From: Lama glama
Taxonomy: Eukaryota
Assembly: GCA_028534125.1 (NCBI GenBank)
Contig: CM052816.1
Span: 11,596,001-11,660,000, forward strand
DNA length: 64,000 nucleotides
Reading direction: 5' to 3'
Shown: positions 12,226 to 23,870 of the stretch, one piece after another
Numbering within the stretch: the stretch's first letter is position 1
Layout: every line of letters begins with the position of its first letter
Notes under the pieces: generated by a model
The model's database searches: none
Told to the model about the DNA's origin: nothing
Seen by the model: the letters and a program-made list of their open reading frames with translations, nothing else
Program-made: the position numbers and the translations under genes

Positions 12226-13054
12226 TGGGCAAACTGCCTGTCCAGCCAGCCTCATGGTCCTCTGAGCCCTCTAGTCTGTGACTTCTTGGGGAAAGTGATT
12301 AACCTAAGTACCCAGCAGACTAATTGGCAGGGCTGTGGCCAGAACCCAGGTCTCCTGACTCTGACACTCGGGCTCCTGGTCCTGCGGTTTGCTGCTGGGC
12401 TCACCCCACGCTCCGTGCTCCTCCACATGGTCGAGACCTTTTGATTAATACTCTTCCTTTTAGGATTCTGGCAGTGTCTGGGGCGAAGGGCCAGCCCGGA
12501 TCTGAAGGACCTCGGGAAACCTCAAGGAAGTGTCACAGTTTGCTCAGTGTTCTTTCGTACTCAGTGTATTGCACTGTCTTCTCTAAAGATGCACCCCCTC
12601 CCCGGGCTCAGAACAGATCCCGAGTGGGAAGGCCCTGCCTTTCTCCGGTAGGCCCACCAGTGTCTCTCTGCCCTGTCTGACCATGAGAAGCCCCTGGTGC
12701 CTGTCAAAGGTCCAGGGCTCCGGGGCCTACTGGATTCCCAGTAAATCAGCGCCTTCCCTTGAGGGGCCTGGGGACCTGCATTTTAACTTAGCCTTGATCA
12801 TTATATTCTGTCTCAGTTACACTCCAGTGCCTGAGAGCAGTGAGTCTCATTCCCCACCATCCAGCTTTGACTTCCTGAGTTCCTTAGTTCATAGTTGCAT
12901 CACAGTTACTTTCCTCCTGAAGGTTTATTCTCTGGTCTACGAACTTGTCCCTGAAGGAGGAAAGAGGGCGTGTCTGCTTTCCTCTTTCCTCCAGGGTGGA
13001 ATTTGGCTGGACAGACAGCTTGCTCTGTACAGTAGTGGAGTGAGCATTGCCACA

Positions 13055-13228
13055 AGGTGAAGGGGTGCCTCTGAAACCAGAATTCCACATCTGTGTTCTT
13101 TCCCTGGCTCTGTTACTTCATAGCTGTATAATGTTGGGAAAGTTAACCTTCTTGGAGTTTCTGTTTCTTCATCAGTAAAACGGGGATAGGAGGAGCACTT
13201 GCTCAGGGATTTGGTGTGTATTAAGCCA
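13055..13228 (+). mobile_element. MIR SINE
   Basis: atctgtgttctttccctggctctgttacttcatagctgtataatgttgggaaagttaacc...tttcttcatcagtaaaacgggg. Confidence 0.65.
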
Positions 13229-13230
13229 GC

Positions 13231-13635
13231 TGTCCTCGGTTGGCTCTTGGACACAGACTAAGGTGGAGCTTTTTGTGTAGAGGGTTACTGGAGAGGGCTC
13301 TTGGGAACAACTCTTGTGAGGGAGTGAGGGAAGCAGGATGAGGCAGAAGGTGATGTTGAACTGTGATGCAGTTGTGATGAAGGTCTCAACTGAGCCCATG
13401 GGTAACTATGGTGATGAGATGCCTTTCAGGGTTGCCCCAAATTGAGGGCAGGGGCTGGACCTTTAATACACGATGCCCACCAGTATATGTGGGCTTCCCT
13501 GGGAGAGGGGGCATGACCTCAGGTAAGGCATCTTCCTCTGGCTGAGGGTGGCTGTTTGCCTCCAGCAGCCTACAGAGCTGGCAGTTAGGGAAGAAGTCCT
13601 GAGGGGAGATCTCTCTGGTGCACCCTGCACCCACT
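13231..13635 (-). mobile_element. ERVL solo LTR, LTR16C-like
   Basis: gagggagtgagggaagcaggatgaggcagaaggtgatgttgaactgtgatgcagttg...gggggcatgacctcaggtaaggcatcttcctctggctgaggg matches the recalled LTR16 consensus. Confidence 0.75.
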
Positions 13636-13702
13636 CCCCCATGGTAATGGACATACAGGGCTTAGCAGTGAGTACAGCACACGTGCACATGCTTGGTCAG
13701 CA

Positions 13703-13932
13703 CAGGCTTACCTCGTTTTACTGTGCTCTGCTTTGTCCCGCTTCGTAGGCATTGCACTTTTTATAAACTGAAGGTTTGTGGCCACCCTGCAGCGGACAAG
13801 TCTTTTGGCACCATTTTTCCTACATCTGCTCACTTTGTGTCTCTGTGTCATATTTTAGTAATTTCAAACGTTGTCCGTACCATTACAGTTGTTATGGTGT
13901 CCTGGGACCAGTGACCTTTGATGTCACTATTC
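13703..13932 (+). mobile_element. Tigger1 (TcMar-Tigger) 5' terminal fragment
   Basis: Begins CAGGCTTACCTCGTTTTA (Tigger1 TIR CAGGCATACCTCGTTTTA), then gaaggtttgtggccaccctgc and tgctcactttgtgtctctgtgtcatatttt. Confidence 0.85.
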
Positions 13933-14282
13933 TAGGATTAACTGTCACCATTATTAATCCAGCTCTGGCAGCACCGCTTAGGAGCTGGGCCCCTTTCTGG
14001 AGGTTACTTAACATCGCTTGGACTTTCTTATGTTGAAAATGAGCATCCACAGCTCTGCTCTGCCCGCTTCCCCAGGTAGTTCCGAGCACGTGTGGAGATA
14101 ATGTATGTGAAATTGCTGAGTAGAATATATTATATAAAAATGTAAGGTGTGACCATGAACCTACTGTTCTGAAAGGAATATATGGCCATAGCTCGGCTTC
14201 ATTGAAGAGAAAGGTTGTGATAAACATAAAAGTGCTTGTCCGTGAAATGTGACATTTTGATTTTTCTTTCTTCTCTCCATAG

Positions 14283-14352
14283 GGAATTAGGATAATGGAG
14301 ATGCTGCTGAAGGAACAGTGCGGTGCCCCCTTAGCCGAATAAAGCCTCATCA
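14283..14352 (+). other. Candidate cassette, poison, UTR or terminal exon
   Basis: Strong acceptor tttttctttcttctctccatAG (AG at 14281-14282) and donor TCA|GTGAGT at 14353. The 70 nt have stops in all three frames and are not a recognisable repeat. Confidence 0.4.
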
Positions 14353-15842
14353 GTGAGTACCAGACGCAAAATCGGAATTATTTACTCAAGCCTTGTTTCA
14401 TGCTTATAAGCCTGAGTGTCACGCGTCGCCTCCCCGGGCTATTTATGCTCTGCATTTCCTAGCTCTGCGCACAGCATACTGTCTCCCAGGTGTTTTGTTA
14501 TCTGTTCAGCCCCTTTATTTACTGGGTTCTTTGATTTTCAGAGCAGTTTTGTACCACGTGCTGGGTTACATCTGCATTCAAACTGTTTACACGGCTCAGC
14601 GCAGTCCACCGTGATTGCACCCCTCAAGGTGGCCTAGGTTTGTAGAGACTGCCGTTCAGAATTTACTGAAGCACAATTCTGTTGTCCTGAGAACACCGAA
14701 GGGAGTGGTTTAAAGCTGTATTTGGAGCAGGAGGGAAAACAAGAAAGGGGTGTGTTGCTTGGCCAGAGAAATACATACATTTTACCAGTCATATATACTT
14801 CTACCAATTGGGAGTGGCTGCCTGGAATGCTGTTGAGAAGGATTGCAAGGCGTTGAGAATAATTCTTAGGCCCTGGGTAAGAGTGCTGTGATTTATTTGC
14901 AATGTCTGCCTTGGGCACAGGATGAAAGAGGTGGCACTTGCGCTGGAGCACGGGCCACCTCTAGTTTAGGGCAAAGGATGTAGGGTTAACAGATGGATGA
15001 CAGGGGGATTTCAGAATTATTTAGTTTTTCATTCCTTAACTACTTTTATTGTCTGTGTCAAGGACAATGGTCTTCACAGTGGAACAGTCAGAACAGAGTT
15101 ATTTGAGAGAATCAAAGCCTAAAATAAATGAGTATAGCGGATTTTTAACATCTGAGGGAAGGTAAAACCTTTAAGGAGCGCAAACATGGTCTTGGGTAAT
15201 TCAGAATTACCTCAGATTTCCTTATGTTGGCCTAAGGCTAGAGTACATGTGGTTTTGTGTAAGCAACCTGGTCTCTGTGAAATACAATAACGTCTGGGAA
15301 CAGTTAACCAAAGGAGAAGCAAAAGGAACATTCATGTTCAAGCACCTCTGCATTCAACGCATACTAGCCAGGCCTGTGGATGAGAGCTGGAGGGTCATCA
15401 AGTGTTTCTGCTTGTCTGTGGGTTTCACTCCATCCTGACGAATGTTAAGCCTTTGTATAGTTCACACATACTAGTGAATTTATTTATTACTGTAAAGGCT
15501 AAGGAAGATAACTCCATTTAGCACAGGCCCGGCATGTGCAGGTGCCCCAGAAATGTTGCTGTGGATCTAAGTGTGGTGTGCTCCCGCGTCTGCTCTGTTC
15601 TGGGAACAGTTGTGGAGGAGAACTTGGCCACCACCCCACCCCTCCATTTTCCCTGGCTGGGCCTTGCGGTGAGGGGCAGCAGGCACCTCTGGTACTTCTG
15701 TCCGTGTGCACAGAGCCCATCTCCCCTGGGAGGCTGGGATCTAAAGCCAGCTCCAAGTCAAATGAGAGCATGAGGAGACTCCACTTACAAGTGTGTATTG
15801 GTTCCAGACTTGAAATTAGTGATTTGGAGACTTGAGTGAGCA

Positions 15843-15952
15843 TCAGAGTTTCTGATTCAGTAGTTCTGGGGAGAGCCTGAGGATCTGTGTCTCTAACCAG
15901 TCCCCGGGCGATGCTGGTGATGCCGGTCCAGGGGGCACACTCTGAGAGATGA
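15843..15952. mobile_element. MER5A-like hAT fragment
   Basis: cagagtttctgattcagtagttctggggagagcctgaggatctg...ccagggggcacactctgaga. Confidence 0.7.
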
Positions 15953-16652
15953 GGGCTTTAAGTGAGTTCTCATCTCTGAGTGGAGAGAGATGAAATGCAG
16001 CGGCCCTGAGGAAGGCGATAGCTGAGGTCTGAAGTTGTCAGGCGGTCCACCGACTGGGTTAATCAGAGGAGTGATTTTCTTTGTGTGGCTTTCCCCTGCT
16101 TTTAGCATCCCAGCCTCTTCTTGTTCGCCATGTTTTGTTTTGTTTTGTTTCTTCCCCCTGCTTGAATGTTGACAGGCTCCACCGTGGAGCTAAGACAACT
16201 GAAAAAAAAAAAACCAAAAAAAAATAAGGGCTGAGACTCAAGAACAACTCATGTTTAAATTGCCAACTTGTGTTTGTGATTTAAAGTGTTGCTAGTGAAG
16301 AAGAGAAAATTAAACAAGCGTTACCTGCTGTTTTAAATGACCCTTGTTCTTGTTCTTTGCTTGCTTTGTTTTCACTGTGGGGCAGAGCTAAGTCAAGAAC
16401 GCAGGGCTTTGCATTGTTTTTAAAAAGCAACTCATTCTCCTCTCTGGAGTGAGGTGGTTGAGGTCTGGATACTACGAGGAGTTTTAGTGCAGAACAGGTA
16501 CATTTAATGCATTGGATGCAAGGATTGAATGTCCCTGAAGGACTTCCATAATTCTAATAATGTACGACCAGTTTTCTCAGGAGCAAATATGAAGGGAAGT
16601 ATACTCTCACCACATAAATCTGTATGCAAATTAGAGGCTATTGCTGAAGCTT

Positions 16653-16786
16653 TAAGAGTTTCCAAAATCAGCTTCATTGACGTATCATCTATGTACAGGT
16701 AAATTGACTAATGAATTTCTAAGAGTTTCCAAAATCAGCTTCATTGACGTATCATCTATGTACAGGTAAATTGACTAATGAATTTC
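16653..16786. repeat. Perfect 2 x 67-bp tandem duplication
   Basis: taagagtttccaaaatcagc...gactaatgaatttc occurs identically at 16653-16719 and 16720-16786. Confidence 0.95.
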
Positions 16787-16865
16787 AAATGTACAGTTTG
16801 GTTAAGTTTTGACAAACATGCACAGGTATATAAGCATCACGAGAAACATGATGTGAAACATTTTG
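16730..16865 (-). mobile_element. Old L1 3' terminal fragment (L1MB/ME-like)
   Basis: cagcttcattgacgtat...aaatgtacagtttggttaagttttgacaaacatgcaca...gaaacattt. Confidence 0.55.
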
Positions 16866-17108
16866 AGGCATTGATGTTGCTGCAGTTCTGTCGCCAGTTG
16901 ATGGCTTCCCCCTATTTTCTTGGCCATTTTTACGAAGTTTTTGCAAGCTTGAAGTGTGCCTGTTTTAATCGAGCTTTTTATTTTCTCAAAATTAGCTTGG
17001 TGGGAAATGGGAGGCTGGTTGTAGGTGGGGGATCTCCCTTTTATGAGCAGTAAAATGCTGCATTAAACAAGAGGCAGGGGGCAGGGGTGGTTTGCTCTGT
17101 AGCTATGG

Positions 17109-17306
17109 CAGGGGGGAGTCAGGCAACTGCAGCGCAAAGGCCAGGTCTAGCCTGTGGCCCAGTTTTGTAAATAAAGTTTTATTGGAACCAGCTATGCTCC
17201 TGGCTGTATTCTAGCTACAACCCCAGAGCTGCAACAGAGATCTCACAGCCTGCAAAGCCTAAAGTATTTACTATCTGGTCCTTTAAGAAAAGTTTTCTCT
17301 CCCCTG
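17109..17306. mobile_element. MER58A-like hAT-Charlie element
   Basis: CAGGGG...CCCCTG termini; internal gttttgtaaataaagttttattggaac and gcctgcaaagcctaaagtatttactatctggtccttta. Confidence 0.85.
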
Positions 17307-19099
17307 GGTGAGAACGTGCCCTCTTCTAAATTAACATCAGGTGGCCTGGTGGTGGTGGTTTGGCCTTTTTTTTATTTTAACTTTTTTTTTTTTAAATGTA
17401 GCATTTGATCACATGTTACGTCTGTTTCAAAGTTAATAGTGTGAGGGTTTATTTTCTCTGTATTAGCTCTGCCGTCACCACTTGGTTGGTGTTATTTTAA
17501 GGCATAAAAAAAAACACATTAAAATGATCACAATGAATACCAGCAAGTGATCATTAAAATGGCTTCATAAAGTTCCAGTGCACGTGCCTATGGGGGTAGA
17601 AATACAGGCATTTCGTTTGGCAGATAAAGTAGCACTGTGATGTGGCAACAGTCTAGGTGCCATGTACAGTGGACTTAATGTTTGAATTTTGGAATTTTGC
17701 AGTTCTTAATGTTTGAAAAAGCGTTCCATGGGGTTTGTGCCCATGTGCCTGAGGAGACATTTTTATATTCTACCACATTTCAAATTCGCCTCATGTAAAT
17801 TCACATAGAACGTGACCACATTGTGTAGGCTACCTTGCACGAAAGGTATTCCCTGGAAGTCTCTGGTCTGTGTGTCCAAGTGGGCGTCTGACAGTTAGAA
17901 AGCTTAGAAGGTAATTCTAAGGAGAAGCCAAAATGGGGTGCGAAAACTCACTAACCAGCGTGCTTGCGGTGCTGCTGCTAACACATCCATTTGATAGATT
18001 TTTGATTTCCTGTCATTTTTGAGTAAATAGCCCTGACATCTTTTTGTTCTTGCTGCTGGCAGCTGGGGGACCCCCCGGCTTGGTGAGGTTTGATAATAGA
18101 GTTTTTCCACATCAGAATGATTAAGACCTCAATTTTAGCTATACCTTAACACCCCTTTGAACCCGCTCCTCTGAGGTGCTTGCTTTGTTGGACGATCATT
18201 AGGAGGCAGAAAGGCAGTTTCTTCAAGAATTATCCAGAGTGATAGAATTCAGGTGAGTCTTAAGAGCTGCTTCAGCAAAGAGGGCAAGTATGTATTGATT
18301 GTTGAGCCATGTTTATTAGTGATAAAGCCTGTTTGCTTTCTCTTGCAGGGAAGCTGTGTTGTGTCTACTGTTTGCTCGAGATTTAATCTTTTCTTGGACA
18401 CAGCACATCCAAGGACACAGTTTTCAAAATACACATTTAAGGACGCCGTGTTGGCAGCTTAAAAGAAGAGGAGACCTTCCTGCCGGGACGTGGAACGATA
18501 CACTCCCCTGGGAGCCTGCCTCAGACCGCGGCTCTTGTGGAGATGAGACCGTTCAGCTGCTTCTTAGGGCACAACCTGTACAATTTTACAAATAAAGAAC
18601 CCATAGGCGGTGATGCCCGCCCTTCTTCAGGGTGTCCTGTGGATTGCCTGGTGACGGTGCCAGGGCAGCCGAAGATGGGCCAGGGGCTTGGAGAGCGGGG
18701 CTTGTGCCCGGATGTTCTCTGCATCATTGCTCATAGGATTCATTTGAGGATTCTGGGATAAATAAAGGAGTTAAACCCGTTCCTGATTCTTAGGTGGCCT
18801 GGAACAGATAGGAAAGTGCCAGACCTGTGTGGAAGCTAAGTCATTTTCATAGTAATGTTTAAGATGCTCAGAAATGGGGAGCATTTGATTTCTACCCATC
18901 AGGAGCACCATGTAAGTGCCATTAGTCGTGTTTAAACTGGAACACGTGACCTGCCGTTTGGTCCCCCAAGGAACCTGGAGGCGGGAACGCAGGCTGCATG
19001 TTCTTGGCTCCTACTCACTCTTTCTGCGCTGTGGAGAGCATGTAACCTCTCTGTCTTTCCCTGGGCAAATGGGGATAATTGGGCACAGATCTTTCTACT

Positions 19100-19400
19100 T
19101 GTGATGATGAAACAAGGGGGTGTGGTGTCAAAAGCTCAAGTCTGGGAGTCAAGCAGGCAAGACGCGCTTTTGGGAGTCAAACAGACAGACGCGGGTTTGG
19201 AGCCGGGCACGGCCGCCCACCAGCTCAGTGAGCATGTACGTAACTTTAAATCTTTCAGAAACTTGTTTTTGAAGTTCATAAAATGGGGTTATAGAATTAA
19301 CTTTGTGAGGTTGTTGGAATGATTGGGGGTCATGTACTCATAAGAGGGCCTAGCATGCTGCCTGGTACACGTAAGTCCAGTGAGTAGCAGCCATTACTAC
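19100..19400 (+). mobile_element. MIR SINE
   Basis: gggagtcaaacagacagacgcgggtttggagccgggc...taaaatgggg...gtgaggttgttggaatgatt...gcatgctgcctggtacac. Confidence 0.6.
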
Positions 19401-20044
19401 TACGTGAAACCATTTTGGAAATGTCCTTTTCTAGTGGAACGTAATGTGGTGTTTTACTGTTTGAAAATCAGATGCCGGTAGTCTGCATTTCTCATGGTGG
19501 GAAGCCAAGATGTAAATACACGCTATGTAAAGGGGAAAAAAAAAAGCCTAAAGGGAGGCAATAATTTGGAATTCATCTTTTTAAGATAAAAAGTAGAGCG
19601 TTACTGGAACGTCTTGGGGAAATCATTCTTTGTTTAATATTTGAAAAATTTTCCACTTAGTGCATTGGTGAATTTTTCAAAGCAATTGTATTATTATTAT
19701 TACTATTTTTTAAATACGAACCTGCCACTGTGAGCCTCCTCCTATCGTATTTGAGCTGTTTGCGCTGCTTGAGTTCTGTGTCTTAGGAATATTTCCCGAT
19801 TTCCTTAGTGTTTCATTCTTCCATTGTGTTAGAGGGAAAATGGATAGTAGCAACCAGAACACACTGTGACCGCCTTTTCCAGTTTGTAAATGGCATTTGG
19901 TAGGCTTTTGGAATAATGGCGCATTTCCAAAAATAAAAGTTGGTGTGAATTATCCAGGAGGTGAGAGGCAAGAAATCTGCATTTGAAGGTTGACACTGGA
20001 ATGAATTTAACCCTTCGTACTCAATGATTTGCCTTTTCCGAAGG

Positions 20045-20222
20045 CAGGCGTTCTCAACCTTGGCTTTCCATTAGAACCACCTGGAAGCTTTATGCAATCC
20101 TCATACCTAGGATACATCCCAGGCCAATAAGTCAGAATCTCTGGGGGTGGAACCCAGGCTTCAGTGTTTTTTAAAGCTCCCTAGGAGATTTCAGCAGGCA
20201 GCTAAAGATGAGAAGACGACAG
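20045..20222. mobile_element. MER5B-like hAT element
   Basis: caggcgttctcaaccttggc...attagaaccacctggaagcttt...tcagaatctctgggggtggaacccagg...ttttaaagctccc. Confidence 0.8.
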
Positions 20223-20454
20223 GGAATTCTAGGTGATTTGCGGACAGTATCTGATTCCTTTCTTAACCCCTCGGAAGCAAGGAAATATCTTTGTAGCAAG
20301 AATTTCTGTTAGAGAAAGTGAAGTACAGAGAGGCTGTTTGCCTTAATTGCTTGAGGCTGGGCGGCCGATGCAAATATCTGCAGGTGTCTGGCAGGAGATC
20401 TGATGAGTGAAGTAGGCTGGCGGCCACGGGGAGAGCCCAGGAGCCCATGGCTGG

Positions 20455-20665
20455 CTAGAGGTGGGCAGCTGCTGCCCAGCGCCAGCCCAGTTTTTCCAAA
20501 CTGTTGGTTTTTCTAGTTCTTCCGATTTCCAATTTTCCAGGAAAAGAAGAGATTTTTTTTAAAAAAGAAATATCCCTATTTTTGTGCATGGGCAACGAAT
20601 TCAGGATTGTTTAAAACATTGTGCCGGCCAAACAAAATATGTTTGCCAGTAGCTTCCAGCCTCTG
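20455..20665. mobile_element. hAT-Charlie element (MER102-like), degenerate
   Basis: tttaaaacattgtgccggccaaacaaaatatg...cagcctctg terminus. Confidence 0.45.
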
Positions 20666-21152
20666 TTTCAAGAGCGTTAAGGACCAGCTTAAACATCTCA
20701 GCCAATTTTTAAAAGATTTGCATTTCCCTGTTCTGGATGGAAGTTTCTTTCTGCCTCTCCTCCAAGACCGCGTTTAGTATTTTCCTCCCCGTTCCCAGGC
20801 AGTCCTCTGGACTTGCATCAGACTTCCTCGCTCAGTATTTTTTTGCCCCCTGCAGGCATCCATTACTTCAAGCTTCACGTATATAGCTTAGAAATCTTAC
20901 GCTCCTTTTAAAATTAATTAGGGCTTGTTAGAGTTTATTTTTATTATGTCAGAAACCTTTCCTGGTGATAAAACAGTTTAGAAATCCACATCTAATTTTA
21001 TTACGTACAGTCTCGTGTAAGAAATATCAAAACCAGGAGGGTAGCCTTTTTGGGCACATTAGGAACCAGGGTGGGAAGGGTTAATTCACAGACCTGGCCA
21101 GTCTCCTCCTGGCTAGGTCACTGAGCCTACACTTCAAGGTGAGGATGTATTA

Positions 21153-21346
21153 CAGTGATTCCCAGACTTTCCAGACCGCCCACCAGAAACCCCCGGGGAG
21201 ATGGGCTAAACCGCAGGTCCCCCAGGCCTCCCTCAGTGATGCTGATTCATGGGGTTTCAGCTGCGACTCAAGGCTCTGCATTCTAACACAAGTTCATCGG
21301 GAGATTCGGCTTTGCAGTTCCACCGACCAGATCTCGAGAAACACTG
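21153..21346. mobile_element. MER5A-like hAT element
   Basis: Terminal inverted repeats CAGTGATTCCCA...CGAGAAACACTG; internal ctgattcatgggg...ctgcattctaacacaagttc. Confidence 0.75.
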
Positions 21347-23724
21347 ATTAAAGGGAGGTGGTTGAGGCCTCTGTGTCTCCTGTTATTTAAGAAAGGCTTG
21401 TGGTCATTTGGGCCCACTGATCAATACAGCTGGTCCCTCAGGATACGATACGAAGTTCTCACGCACAGAGAAGCTGACTTCAGCTATCCCTGCATGATTG
21501 AGGTGCTCCTACCGTGAACGGGCTTTTGTGGTTTCAGTCATGTGGATAGAAAAGGTGCTGTGTTCTTTTGATACAAATTGTTCTGTGTGTTTTCTAAGCA
21601 GTGTATGTGTGGTAACTCCCCACTTCTCAGATGTCGTGGGTGGATGGTAAAGCCGACTCAAGGCTGTTCTTACAAGTCACACATCTTTTTTGCTTGGTTT
21701 CAGCCATTTACACGGGACTCCTAATCTAGTATACGCTCCCCTGCTTTGGCAAACAGAATCTACTGAAGACAGTGAAATTCTTTCAGGGTCCTTACCATTT
21801 ACGTTGTGAGTGCTTTCAGGTCCTATTCAGGTTTGTTAGAGCAGAGCCATTGAGTGGAGGGGGCTCTTTGAGTTCTGCTGTGGTTTTTACAGCTTTTTTC
21901 TTTCCCCTCCCTGTTCCCTGTTGTTTCTCTCTGCTGTTAGTCTGCCTTCCTTTTTCCTCTCATTTGCTACATGGGGTTGGGAGATGCTGTAATTGCATTC
22001 TGTAGGTCAAGTAACAGTAAAGGGGAGCTGAGCGAGTCTCTGGGAGGCTTTCCCAGCAGTGGGATGGATGAGCGATGCTGCACTGACTTGGTGACGGTAT
22101 TTCCGCGGCTCTGCTGCTTCCTCTGCTGTACTTCCTGACACCCCCTCCCCTTACTGCAGTTGCCACATCTGTGACCTCAGGATAAGTGAGATGTCGCTAC
22201 ACATGACTTATTTACATCTGTAAGCCCTCACCTCCCCCCCCCCCCAGTAGTGTTAGTGTTTTTAAACGTACCCTGCTACGATGTGAAACGTTAAGTGGAT
22301 TAAAATTCAAATGAACATTTTTCTCAGGCCGAGTTTCTGTACAGGAGAAAGTGTTTTTGATTCGGTTTTATTATGATTGACAGCTGTGAATTCTTTGTAT
22401 ACCTGTGCAATTCAGTCCTGCAGTCTTTCTGAAATAAAGGTGTCACAACTCAGATTTATGTGTGAATTTTAATCTTTTGAGGGGATCACGTCACCCGCCA
22501 GAGCTAGTGTCTGTCATTTGTAGTAGCGTTTCTAGTCCTTTTCAGCAGCCCCAGATAAGGGTGTTACACCCACCAGATGATATTAGCTCCCTACCTTACG
22601 CAAGGCGAGCCATTAACATTTCGTCCAGAAATATGCAGAGGCCACTCTGTTGGGTGACCAGAGGTGGCTGTGTGCTAATGAAGCGAAGGACCAGGATCTG
22701 CAGAGCAGGAAGAATGAAGCGCAGACCACAATGCCATGATGGTGTGTGGCCCCGCGGGGGGAGGGGGGACAGAGCAACTGCCTGCTGACCTGCTTGTGAG
22801 GCTCAGCTCCGCTTTCTGTATTTGTTTCCATGACATTTGCTTTATCCTTTTGTCTCCCTTTCGCTCGAATGTTACATTACAAGTAGATTTCTGTGCCTTG
22901 TTTCCAAAGTGCCTCATCCAAGCCCCGTTGATGCCTGGATACCTTTAGGGGTAGAGTCCTTAGTCCACGCAGCACTCGTTGAGCACCTGTTGTGTGCAAG
23001 AGGAAGGCAGGATTCATCTCTTTTGACTTGATCCAGTGGGTTTCCAAGAGGCTTGCGACTTGATTTTACTGACAGCAATAGTGGGCACCAACTGATGGCA
23101 AGACCAGACACGTTGACCTCTTTGGTGAGTGAAACTATGATTGCTTATTTAAAGCACACAGAAAATAACATTGGGGGCTCAGTGGAGAGATCAGCACGAA
23201 GTATAGAGCTTGCTGGCCTCACAGCCTCACTAGCAGGTTGCATGGTTGTGTCATCATGTCTCAGTGAGGGGCACATCACACCTTTTGGAGGATAACTGGT
23301 TCTCTCCAGGCTTGGCCTTACATAAGGAAAGGGGGAGGTGCCCAGCCTGTGGCCACGCCCTCCTCTGAGCCACGTAGGGAGTGCACCGTGACTGCAGGAT
23401 ATTCTGGCATAAATATCTTTTACTTATAGGCTCTTCTGACTATTACAGCCTGGTCTGAGAACATGCCTGAATTCTGGACAGCATTGCCAGCATCTTGTTG
23501 CCTAGATGTCTGGACAAGGCGTGCTAACTAGTTCTGGCTAATCCTGCAAACCCCAGAACCTTAACAAAAGCCTTGGAGAGACTGAGGCATGTAGAGAGAT
23601 ACATTCCTCCTAATGCCAAATCCGGTGCAGTGAGGACTCAGGACAGAAATGGAGTTACAGAAACAATTTATAGACGGCAGTATTAAATGCCATATTTAAA
23701 TTTCAAAATGCTGTATTTCTTGTG

Positions 23725-23870
23725 TACCCCAACTGCCAGTTGGAACCCCATGGGGAGCTTTAAAAACATACTGACATCTGGACCCCACCCCCAGAGAGTC
23801 TAGGCTGCAGCCCCTGGCGTCAGGGTTACATCACATCCCGCAGGTGATCCTGACGCCTTGGGCAGCAATT
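23725..23870. mobile_element. MER5B-like hAT fragment
   Basis: ggggagctttaaaaacatactgacatctggaccccacccccagagag...caggtgatcctga. Confidence 0.6.

Noticed and set aside
13892..14350. 152-aa ORF on the - strand
   Set aside because: No recognisable homology, runs into Tigger1 sequence, and is antisense to the inferred host transcript.
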